A stretch of 64,000 nucleotides of DNA from Adineta vaga (taxonomy: Eukaryota > Animalia > Rotifera): assembly GCA_021613535.1 (NCBI GenBank), contig CP075493.1:7688001-7752000 (forward strand). The letters run 5' to 3'. The notes under the pieces were generated by a model. It saw only the letters and a list, made by a program, of their open reading frames with translations, was not told the DNA's origin and made no database searches. Below are positions 52,001 through 64,000 of the stretch, piece by piece; the first letter of the stretch is position 1, and every line of letters starts with the position of its first letter. Both the position numbers and the translations under genes were made by a program.

Positions 52001-53443
52001 GGTCCATTTACAAAAGAAAGTGCTACTTATATTTGTGATGAACTTCATATTACTGATGATGTTGTTTATGGAAATACAAAATTGTTTATTAAACATCCGT
52101 TAGTTGAAAAAAAGATTTGATAAAAACTTATTGTAGTTTTATTTTAGAATTTCATTATTTCAACTTGAAAATAAGCGACGAGAAGGTTTAGAATCCATCA
52201 TTACTGTTCTGCAAAAAGTATAATGATGAAGAATAGAATTTGAATACTTGTTATTGATTTCTTTTCAGTTCGTTCGTTCATGGGGACAATGTCGTAAGTT
52301 TCGACGAGAAAATGCAGCAAGAAAAATACAAAATTCCTATCGAAAATATCGTGCACGAAGATATATTATTCAAGTTAATGAAACATTCAGGTTTCTATAT
52401 CTAATTAATCGAACAATGAATCTTGTATATGAAGTATTTTGTATTTCAATAGTGACTATCTTGGTAAAATTACAACCTGGCCATTATCTGGATCCAGTTT
52501 TATTCCTTTAAATACTGTTCTAAAACGACTCTATCGACGGTAATACACTTGATTGATTGATATAGTGTTTCAGACATGAATTCTCTCATTAGATGGCGTA
52601 TTGATCGAATAAGACAATTATTACCATTAGCACAACAGGATGCATTTGATTGTAAATTATTTGCAAGTCAATATCTTCAAAATAGATCATCATTTTTTGA
52701 TATAAGTATTTATCAACAGTGGAAAGGCGATTATTTACGAATAGTAAGTTTTATTGATGATGATGATGATCAGATTTGTTTTTCATCCTTCATCTATTTA
52801 TTATACATATATTTAGCCAGAAGAAAATTCTCGTGCTAATGAATATCGAAAATCAATTCATGAATTACGAGCACGTGATAGTTTTACTCAAATACTCTTT
52901 TCAACATTTGCTATTAAAGTATGATTTAGAAGAAAATACTTAATCCACCGGAAATGTTGCTTTCTATTTCAGTTAAATAGTCATTTTAAAATGGATGAAC
53001 GTGCAATTATTCTTACAGATAAAGATATTTATAGAATTGATCCAAAGAAAAGTTTTAGTTTCAAGAAAGTTGGAATATCTATTGATGATATTATTGGTTT
53101 GAGTGTTACACCAGGCAGAGAACAATTAATAGTTGTTCATTTAGCTTTAAATCATGATCTCGTATTTTGTATGCCGAATAAAGATGATCGAGTAGGAGAA
53201 TTTGTTGGTTATATTGCTAAATTGAAGAAAAATTCGTATGGAAGTTTGAAATTTTATTGAATATCTATGAAATCTTTTTATTTTAGTTCAAATTTTTCTG
53301 TCAATGTTCAACGTTATGTTTCAGCTTATATTGTTAAACATAAATATCTAATCAATGTTATGTGGGATGATAACGAAAAGATTGAATTTCGTAAAGGTTC
53401 AAATAATAATAATATTTCTTTAGTATTACCAGATACTTTATAA
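49008..53443 (+). CDS. Class I (short-tailed, Myo1D-like) myosin
   Basis: [15 protein letters not shown]|VLVSVNPY, P-loop [47 protein letters not shown], an IQ-like [15 protein letters not shown] and a TH1 tail. No SH3 domain. Confidence 0.92.
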
Positions 53444-53778
53444 CCGAATATTTTAGTGGGATTCCTATTTTTTCATACAATGTTTTAATTATTTTTAATC
53501 AGGCATTTCTTTCATAAATAAATAATGTTTTTGTTTGCCACGACAAAGAATGATTGACTTGAAAAGATGATAATTATCATGAAAAATAATATCTTCAAAT
53601 TTGATGAAATCGAAAATGTTTGATGTTTTTGTTTCTTTTTATTGGGATTATAAGTTTTTTAAAACTTCTAATATAAAATACAAGAATAAGTCATTATGAA
53701 GTAGGATAGTTACAACAGTTAATGAAAGAGAAAAAGAATGTTCTGTAAAAGGTTCATATGAATGATAAGATAGGTACG

Positions 53779-56700
53779 TTAAAAGTAGTATTTCTCACTA
53801 GAAGCAAGATAACTTGGTTGAAGAGACCGTCCGCCGACTGTGAGAACAGAATTATTGAGTAGAATACTTTTATGATACGACCGTGCATTATTCAGTATAG
53901 TTGTAGTTGACCAGGACTTTGTCAGAGGATTATATAATTCCGAAACAGCTGGATATGTATTGTTTGTCCAATCAATACCGCCTGTTGCCAGTACAAAACC
54001 TGATGACAAACGTGTTAATGTGAATGCTGCTCGACGATATTTCATTGAGCCTACAAGTGTAAATTGACGCGTTGTTGCATTATAAATTTCAGCATTTGAA
54101 AATGAAACTGTACCACCATTACCTCCACCTGCAATAAGAACTGTTCCATCATTTAATAAGATGGCAGAATGAAAACATCGAGATTGGATCATATTTGCAG
54201 AAGTAGCAATCCACGAACCGTCAATATAAATTTCTGCTGCTCGAATATATACATTACTAGCATTAATTCCACCAGTAACAAGCATTGTAGTTTTGTCACT
54301 AAGTAGTGTACTTGTAAATTTACTACGTGATGATAACATAGTGCTTTCATTTATGAACGAATTTGACGATGGATTATAAATTTCTGCATAGGGGATACTT
54401 TTACCAGAACTATTAAATCCACCTGCAATAAGTATTTGTCCATTGCCTAGAAGTACGGCAGTATGTGAATCACGTGAACGTGTCATATTCAAAGGTACCA
54501 GCGTCCACTTATTTGTTATGCTATCGTATACTTCGGCAGTTTGACTATAAGAGGAGTAAAGACTACCTGCAGCTAACACTTTAGTATTATTTGCAAAAGC
54601 AGTAATAGTATGATCGTATCGAACAGCTTTCATATTTGGACCATACGTCCAACTAGATGACGAATTATAAAATTCAATTGTGGCTGTTACAATACTGGAA
54701 TTGAAGTAACCACCAGAAACCATAACAAGTTGGTTGGCAAGTATTGCTATGTCAAAATTAGATCGCGTTTTTACAAGTGTTGCATCCATGGTCCAATATG
54801 ATGGCACATTCGTAGCTGATACTTGCGTTGAGTTATCTAGGAATAACAGAAAATTTAATGTTTATTTTCACCGATGAATACATTTCAAATAGTAACTTTT
54901 CCACGAATGTTATGCAGGACGAAACATCAAAACAAATAGAATTATATTCTTGAACTAAGTTAGTATTAATAAAAAAGAACGACATAAACTATAAGGTATC
55001 ATTTCACAGTCATCATGTTCATAAGAAAGTACCATTACTTGCTCTCTTTATATACAGCTATTAAAAATTGATCACTTACTGGGTGCACTCGTTGATGTTT
55101 CTCTCCCATTTGTACTTTCTGCTGGTGCAATAAAGGCAGTTTGAGAAACATCTGAAGGAAAATACAAGTCATACTACTTTCAAGAAATTAAATTTTACCT
55201 GGATTTATATATGAAGACGATAATTTAGAACTACTTGTCATTATCATTGCTAAGGATGATTGTGCTTCAGTTGTGGTGACAGTTGTTGATAGATTCTCAG
55301 AAGTATCCGTTGTCATCATCATCATCGGCGTAGAAGTACTCTCTAACTGTCTTGTAGATGCTACGGATGTAGAAAGTTCTGCAATCATGGTCATCGCTGC
55401 AGACGAAGAACTATCGATCTCTTCTGTTGTTAATGTAGATTCTGTAGTGTTCGTTGCTACAGATATTAATGAAGAGTGAAGATCAGTTGTAGGTATGTTC
55501 ACCTCTGTACTGTCTGTTGTTACAACTGTCAACGGTATTGTTGACGGTAAGTATTCAGGATTATCTGACATCATAGGTATCGGTGAAGTCATTGAGGTGG
55601 ATTCTATTCTGTACACCGTCATAGACATCATTAACATCTGAGAACTAGATGCAGACAGAATTGTGGATAGAAGCTTAGGAATTTTTGTTGTAAAAGATGT
55701 AGACATGGACTGTGAAGTACCTGTAGTCATAGGTGTTGATGTAATCGAAGATCTTTCAACATGGTTTATTTTTAATGTAGATTCTGGCGGAACTGTTGTC
55801 GTGGATGTGGAGCGTGATTCAGGAATGCTTGTTGATGATGACTGAGTATTGTATACTGATTGAATAGTGGACTGAAACGTCGAACTACTTACTGTTGTGA
55901 TTTCTGATGACGATTTCGAACTATCACTTGTCACACTCATCGATGATGAGTAATCACCAGCTGTTCTCATTGCTGATAAGGTAAAATCGCGACTGCCAGT
56001 TGTCATCATGATCGAAGATGTCTTTGCAACTAAGAGAAAAAAAGGTTATCTATTTCAACTATTTTCATTAGTAGCTATACTTGATGATGACGTGGGTGCC
56101 ATAGGTGTTGTCGCATCTAAAAGCAAGACAATAAAATTAAGTAACTCAAATACCCTATATTTCTCAGATGTTTAAAAAATTGTCTAATGAGAATATGCAA
56201 CATATATTTTATCTTTGCTATTCCAACAAAATATCAATATATCAACGGTAATATTTGTCATTATTTGCCTATCTGAACTTTATAATTATATCTGTACTCT
56301 CATTTAATAGAATTCCGTTACTAGTTTAATAATGTTGCTTTGCATTATTTATAAATATTGTATATAAACTCGATCTCGAAGCATCTGCGAAACGTATTTT
56401 CCATTATATTCAAGTTATTAAGAAAAGCACTTAGAAACATCTAAAAAAGACTGATTTACCTATTCCTGCAGACGTAATACTTTTTTGAGTAGAACTCGTT
56501 CTGAGCATTTGAGAAGTTACTGGTTGAGAATCTTAAAAAATAGAAAAAAAAATCATATTTCAGTCATATGATAAAAATTTCATACTTCCAATAGTTCTTG
56601 TTGATACAGTTTCTAATCGATCTTAAATGAACAATGAATCAGAATAGTTTCGTCAAAAATGAACAACATACGAGTACTTTCTACTTTCATTGTTGTCGCT

Positions 56701-57000
56701 GAATCTGCTGAAATACAACACAATAAATAAAATTGTTAAATATCAAATATATACCGGCAAGTTTAAATTCTGATGTGATTCCATCTAAATTGAGAAAAAA
56801 AACATGTTGATAATGACAAAATGAACTTTTAACTGACTATTTGATGGTGAAAGACTAGTCATCATGATTGTAGTTGATAGATCGTTTGAATTATTGTTAT
56901 TTCTTTTAGCGAAATACAAGAAATAAGTCAGAAGTGAAGCAGTCACTACGATCGTACTAATCACCGAGATAATAATAGCAATATGTATACGAGGAGCCAT
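53779..57000 (-). CDS. Type II membrane protein: signal anchor, Ser/Thr mucin-like stalk and C-terminal kelch beta-propeller
   Basis: MAPRIHIAIIISVISTIVVTASLLTYFLYF is a TM segment. Several small phase-1 exons and the 55197-56030 exon are S/T-rich. The last exon (53779-54837) carries ~7 kelch repeats such as RDSHTAVLLGNGQILIAGG...AEIYNP. Joining these into one gene is inferred from splice sites. Confidence 0.75.
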
Positions 57001-58012
57001 TGAAATGGAAGTATTACAAAATGAAAAAAAAAACTCCACCTTTTTGTAACTTCTCTAAAGTAGATTGTAGAGAAGTATGGAAATGCATCAAGACAGTTGG
57101 CAAGTAGAACAATTCATGTTATAATAACAAAAATTTTCATTAGTTTTCTAGGGTTATGAAAAAAACGTAACATGAATCATTGTCAAGTTTGGTATCATGG
57201 AAAACAATTATTTTAAAATATGCTATTTAATATTGGATGTACTGTAAGTAAGATGTCGTGTATGATATCAACTCTGTATGAAAATATGTTGATAGATAAG
57301 AATAATATAACAGTTTGAATATAGAAGATGTTACTTCATTTTTTAACGAATTACCGAAATGAATTACACATCTGCTCGTTTTACATTTCAGAATATACTA
57401 TTAAAAAAAACCATTCTTAGAAAAAATACCTGATAAATAATGAATGTCACGTGAGTTTTCAGTTGATTAAAATTTAATACGTAAAAAATCAGACACCCAT
57501 AATTGCTGCGCAAACTCATGATTTTCCTTTATTACTCATAGCTTATTTATTTTTTAAGATATCGCACTTCCTGATGTCTCTCTCTTCCTTTTGATGCAAA
57601 AAGTGATCCAGTCCGTTTGTCTTTGCATAGCAGCATTTCTGATCAAAGCGATATGTTTTTTCCGTTGTTGACTTTCTTTGTATAACATGATTCGTATTCC
57701 ATCATATCAAATAACTGTTTCCAACTATAATGAATGCGGCATTGCTTACAAAATTACATCAGAGAACATTTTTTTTTCTTCTCGATATCATCATTGAACA
57801 CGTGTCGTTTGCTAAAAGGATAAGTTCATTAATAAACAATTAATTGTCATGAAATCGCTGAACATTTTGTCCAAGAACATGATCAAATGAAATAATTAGC
57901 TGAAGTGAAGAAGAAAACGAGAAATCTACTTTTATTTATTGAACAGAACGAGAGAAAAAAAGAAAGAAAAAGAATATTGAAGAAATAAACGAGATATTGA
58001 GGATTCTACTGT

Positions 58013-59891
58013 TCAGATCGAATGCATCCAATGATCATTTTTGAAAAAATCTGGTATTTGATCTTCATATTGTTGCATTACTTTATAGATGCTTTTCTTC
58101 CATGATGATTCATGATCTTTTTGTTGTTGAATAGCAACAAAAAATTCTTGTAATGCTCCTTGAGTGGCTTTTTGAAAACTAACTGGTACCTAGAGTAGAG
58201 AAGAAATTGAATGAAATTAAAAGAAATAGATGAAATCTTATTATACATTAATTTGATTTGAACGATTGTAATGAAGATTAAGAACTCGATAAAGTTCACA
58301 GTTTGATGTTACGACTAAATCTTCTGGCTTACGAATACCTTCAGCTAAACATTGTCGTGCATATTTTTCGATTTGTTGATAGAAAAATTCGCTAGAAAAA
58401 GATCCAATAGGAATAGTTGATGAATTCATATGTTCATCTTACCGAAAATTGGAGAACCATTTTACTAATTGTGCCGTGATGACTTTATTGAAACGTACGT
58501 CAGGAAAATAAACTTTTAATACGCCAGAATTGGGATATCGAGTATAAAAAAACATTAGTTTTGCTTTACGAAGATGAAGGGAAGTTAACATAGCCATGTA
58601 CATAAAACAAAAAGAAAGAACGACGGTAAAATGCAGATGTGTTCACTTAGAGAAGATTCAAACGGAAAAGCACGAGTGAGCATCAAGAGATTAGAAAATG
58701 AATGACTGTTAATGAAGCTAATTTCGATAGGATAGAAGAAGAAGAAGGAAAAGAATACTTATCTGAAATCCATTGTATTCCACGGAGGGTTGATCAGATT
58801 TAGTTGGATTATCATCAATTGAACTAATGTCTTCATCAGTTAAATCATCAAAATTTGATGGAGGAGTCACTTTTGATGTTATACGAGGAGATAAACGTGT
58901 GTCAGTGACCTATGAAAAGTGAATACGATGAAAAGAAACGAAAGTGTTAGGAAAGATTTCAATTTACCTTTGTGCGTCGTTTTTTTGGTGTTGAAAAATG
59001 AAATGGATGATCATCTGGAGATGGATGAGGAAAGCGTGGTAATGATGATGATGACGGAAAATTATTGATAAAAGAATTATTGAAAAGTATTTGAGAAAAA
59101 TATGGATGATGATGATGGTGATGAACAGTTGGAGGAAATAATCCAGATGAGAATGATGGAGGTGGTGGTACATGTTTAGATTCCATAGTAGATGAAAAAT
59201 ATTCTTTTTGAAGATTTTCTACGAATCTTCCCATTGATATTGGTGAAGTGATATGATTGGTACGTGCTAAATCTTGAATATAATTAAGAAATGGGAGAGT
59301 TGCTGGTGAAAATGGTAACATAGATGAAGATGGAATTGGAAGAGAATTCTAAAGATAAGTCAAAAGAAAATAGAGAAGAAAAAGATAAATTTATGAAAAT
59401 AATACTTGTTTTTCCATTGATTCATTGATTTCACCCATTTCTTCTTCTTCATCGTCACCATCATCAGCATCCCCATCATGTTCAGATGATTTCGATGACG
59501 GCGATGATGGTGTTGATGATCGTTCATGATGATTTTGACTGATTTTCACCACAAGTTGTTGTGGTTTTGATTGCTTTCTTGGACGTTTATTTTCATTTTT
59601 TATTTCATGTTGATCATCATGACATGGATATGAACGTTTACGTGGTTGTTGTTGTTGTTGATTGGAATCCACCGTTGTCGATGAAGTTGACGTTGGTGAT
59701 GATGAACTAATACTTCCATGTGGTGATGAATGAATCGATTGTAATGGACGTTTTTCAATCATTTCTTGTAAAATTTTCGTATGTGCAAATGCCATATCAT
59801 TGAGATGATTTAAGTGTTGATGAAAACGTGAAAGGAGATAAGGAGAAAAACTTGAAGGATGGTGATTTGTATTATTTGTCGAAGAATTCAT
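58013..59891 (-). CDS. pros: Prospero/PROX homeo-prospero transcription factor
   Basis: [15 protein letters not shown]|[40 protein letters not shown]|[25 protein letters not shown] and [10 protein letters not shown]. Further upstream exons cannot be excluded. Confidence 0.95.
58598..58762 (-). other. Non-canonical AT-AC intron of prospero (165 nt)
   Basis: CAG|ATAAGTATTC ... TTCTTTCTTTTTGTTTTATGTAC|ATGGCT. This is the only junction found that gives an intact homeodomain helix 1. Confidence 0.75.
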
Positions 59892-62800
59892 TCTTTCAAA
59901 TCAACTAAATGAGAACAACATAACTTAACATAGAATAAAAAGAAGAAGAAAAAAAACAGACGAGAATGAATAAATTTATTGTAAAGTAAATCTTCCTACT
60001 CTCTTATCTCTGTGAACTTTACTTAAGTTAGAAGCAGCATCTCTACGTGCCGTTTTTCTATGTATTTTTTTAACATTCACACATCTCTCGAGAGACACTC
60101 ACCATTTAGCAGTAAATTTATTCTTGACTCGTCCCAATGATCTTTTTTTTCCTTCTTCGTCTTGTGCTATATGCCGAGAATAATGTCTAAAAGAAAAGAA
60201 GAAAATCAACCATTCCGTTGTGTCCTAATCTTAAATGCGAGAAAGAAGAAAAAAAAAGAAAGGGAAAGCAAAAGATATTTCAACCAATGTCTTTGTTAAC
60301 GCAAAGAACATTGCAACTAATAGGAAACGAGAGAACGATGAACTTAAGACGAATGAAAAATCAGTGTGTATATGCATCACCTGCTTCAATTCTTTAAGTT
60401 AAAGAAGCATCTGCGCATATATATATATATGAATAGAAGAACGTAAAGATATCGAATTAAAAATCTATGTGTATATAGCCTCAAGGTTGACATTGTTATT
60501 TTAACATCTTTTCGTCATTTGTAGAGCTTAATGATTTGATAGACGACGTAATGAATGTGTCAACATATTGAACGCGTGCCTTTCTTTTGAAAGAAGATTT
60601 TTTCTTCTATCGAGTAGACAAATAGATGTTTATTCATCTATTGTCAAATAGAATCAACAAGAGAATTCAATGACGCCATTTGGATATCTGAGTAGTAGTC
60701 TGTCAATCGAGCATGCGTCGTTGAATATGATTGTCATGGTCCATAAAAAACAAAGGTAAAAAAAGACGACGTGTCATATATATATATATATGTATTTTTT
60801 TGTGTTCCGAAAAAAATCAACATAGTGATTGACGAAATGTCTGACATGTGATCGACGGTCGCGCATTTTTGAACATCATCACTAAGGTGAGAAGAGGAGT
60901 AGAGATGTGACGACGTGTCAAGTGAGCGATGTATCTCATCTTCTCTATAATTCGAACATCTGTGTGTTGATATCAAGTAATCATTGGCGAAATGTAGGAC
61001 AACGATTATTTTTCTTAGTTTCATTCAATCAGGAGTTTTATTTTTGTTAATTAACAATGAACTAGTCAAGAATCATGTGATATAATGTCATAAAAAGCAA
61101 TGCAAAGTATAAGACAGATTTATGATCACTTCATATGAATAATACTTGTGTGACGTATGGAGGAAAAATAACAACAACAATAGCATATCAATATAATGAT
61201 TCTTCAATATTCATAAAATCAAATATCATCTTAGAAAATTTGAAGAAATCATATAATAAATGAAAAGATCTTATTCAATGGAAACTTTCTTCTATAATCT
61301 TGCTTTTAATACATCCATTTATATATACAGAAAACATTATTCTTCTCTCGACTAAAAGGATTTGATTGAATCGTTGATGAATAGATGTTCACCTGCATTG
61401 GTTTTTCTATAACGAGATATAATAAAGAAAAAGAAAAACTCTACACAGCTGGAGAAATGAAATCAAGCATAAATGATGATAATCATCGATCAATTGATGA
61501 TATTAATTCTATAGTGAAAAACAAATTTCTTTTCCCTACGAATATTTTATGTATATATAATCCGACACACTCAGCTGTGTGTCATAAACGAAAAGAAATC
61601 TGGTGCTAATTTCTATTGTTACTCCACCCTTGCTATTGTCATCATCGTTTACAGACAATTTGAAATTTTCCATTACATCGATACTGATTTAATTGTATTA
61701 TATATATATGTGTGTATGTGTATGTGTGCGGGTGTCCCATTGGTGATGAAATCATTCGTCAAAAAAAAGCAGAAGAAGGAAGAGAAACAAAGTTAATTCT
61801 CATCGATTCGTGTGAGCAGATGCCAGGGAGTTATGTTTTATCTCAAAGAAAATAATCTTCGATATTGATCTGGAGGTGTATGTCTCACGTTCTTTACCTC
61901 GAGATTGAGAGAACGTGCATTCAAGTGATCAAACACATGTCAACATAATTCTATTCTTTCTTTTTTTTTGTTGTGGTGTTATATGTTTCAACATACATTT
62001 ATCTGAAGAATGTTCAAATGATGTATTGTCATGCATTGTTGATTTCTCTTCATTTTATTGGAAAAAATCCTTCTCTTTCTATCATCATTTATTCTAGTCT
62101 CGTGCAAATGTCATTCTATTATTTCCTTTTCTATTTGACGAAAGAGAAATGGCTTATTTCTCTTCTCCCTCTTCCTTCTCATGATACTGAGAGGAGAAAA
62201 CGAGAACATTTGATTAAAAGTAAAAGTTGTCTAATGAACTAGACAAGCAAAAAACACATACATATATAAACACAATGAATGCATAGATCAAGTGTGAAAT
62301 ACATCCGCATTACTAATGACATCCCACCAGCATACATGTTGTTCTTTCAACAGAGAAAGAGAAAGAGAGGATCATTGGTATAGTTAGAAAATGCAAATTG
62401 AGTCGTTCTTTCAAATGAAGACAAGCGTAGCAAATTCGAAATACATGACAAATGGAATGCAAACGAAGGTGATATCCTCTTCTTCGATTAAGCAATACTA
62501 GACATCCATCTGTCGAACAATTAAAAAGATAAGAATAGAAAAGAATCGTATGTAACGATCTTTGAATGCATATCAATATATATGTACAATTTTCGCTCAC
62601 TTATGTGAATATATATCAAAGAACATACGTCGTTCAATATTCTTGACAACAATAAGACTACTGTATCACTCGTCATGATGAGGTGTTTGATTGAACATGA
62701 ACAACAGCCGATGCCGCTCACTTTCGCTGCCACTTCACTGTACATGTGTGTGACATACTCAATATGCAGAAAAGTATTGCATGTATGTGTCGATGTTTAA

Positions 62801-64000
62801 CTTGATTAGATAGATTCTTCTTCACTTTGATGTCTATGTGTGAGATGGGATAGAGTGATTGTTTCTGTTGTCGTTCATTAAAAAGATCAACCTTACCTGT
62901 GTATGAAATGTATTGCACGTGTGAAAGTTAGTGAACTTTGCATAGAAAATTTGTAATCAATCAATTAATCTTCTTTCAAACATGTTCTTTGATAAGCAAT
63001 GAAAGAATCGTTTTCTTTTTGTTCGTTGTCTTTTTGAACATCAATGATAATTAGCGATGTAGAAGATTAACATTTTGTCCATCTTTATTTCAATGATCAA
63101 TGAAAAAAATCCAATGTCCTTAAATTGTTTCAATTAATTAGAAAACAACAACAACAACAAAAATGATGATAATCTACAATTGATATTAAAAACTTGTTTT
63201 GTTTTGAATATTTTTTGAAAATGAACTTCATTGACAAATAATCGTAGAGATCAAACATACAAGCAAAGCAAGAAATTGTCCTGCTGGAATATGTTCTAAT
63301 TCTTTTTTTCATTATTCAAAAAGATCTTATTAAATTCTTTGAATAATTCAGAATAAATTTCAATTCACAAGGATGTATATATAATCAAATTTTTGAAAAG
63401 CTTCATATGGCTGTATTTGCTCTGTTCATAGTCTGCTATAAAGCAAGAAACTTACAAATCTATTCTGGTCATTGATTTTGCAGCGATAGAATTGTATATC
63501 AATGAATTATCTTTCGTGTAATTAATTGAAATAGAGCTTAAATTCGATAAAACATTTCTTTTTTCAGTTAATTTATAATGACAAGTATCACACCCTTTAC
63601 CTTCAATGTAGAATATTTTTGCATATCTAAGGTTTTATTTATATTATTCGTTGATGAAATCTATCTGCAGAGAACAAAGGAAAGAAAGCATATGATTTAT
63701 TAGAATAGTATCAACAAATTCGGGTGTTTTGTGTCGCGTTCATTTCTATTTGTCATTGATTCATACATCGTTTGAAAACGAAAATGATCCATACGAAAAT
63801 CTCTTCACCATTACGTTCTGCATCACGACGAAGACGACAAACTAGTAGCGGAAGGTACCACATATAAATCGAAGTAGTTCTTTCCTATTGAAAATATATT
63901 TAGAAAATGTAATGGTTCAGCAAAAATTCGACAACAAGACGAGGAGACAATTTTGCCAGGTTTGACTTATGAAAAAAAACTAATATGATATACATATTGT
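59892..64000. promoter_or_regulatory. Non-coding region of more than 4 kb upstream of prospero (probable 5'UTR and cis-regulatory DNA)
   Basis: There is no credible CDS, whereas spacers among the neighbouring genes are under ~1 kb. This is typical of a developmental transcription factor locus. Confidence 0.45.

Noticed and set aside
53779-54837. Galactose oxidase enzyme call for the kelch domain
   Set aside because: The C-terminal Ig-like domain is missing and no copper-radical ligand set could be identified.

Overview
AT-rich, gene-dense eukaryotic DNA with ~50-65-nt GT-AG introns. It is most consistent with a bdelloid rotifer (inferred from intron size, an LRR/F-box-type gene, a bacterial-style kelch gene and a Penelope element). 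1-24 kb holds a head-to-head pair of type IV collagen genes (alpha2-like on -, alpha1-like on +), split into very many small exons. An ankyrin gene follows. 27.6-33.6 kb is a 6-kb accessory block bounded by a 102-bp, 96%-identical inverted repeat. It contains a Helentron/HINE-like element, an acidic orphan gene fragment, a frameshifted LRR gene fragment and a defective Penelope retroelement with a pLTR intron and a minimal hammerhead ribozyme. A conserved gene run follows: CFAP97-domain, TYW5, CTDSP, BTG/Tob, RIOK3, DAP1, DSTYK, myosin I, a membrane mucin-kelch chimera and prospero/PROX. The strongest finding is the prospero intron, which lies at the ancestral minor (U12) intron position. It keeps AT-AC ends but has major-spliceosome-type signals and an overlapping in-frame GT-AG option. 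Other notable finds are the inverted-repeat-bounded block, a Cys-loop cassette exon in collagen IV, and a candidate poison exon in myosin I. Exon models were read by eye and need RNA-seq confirmation.
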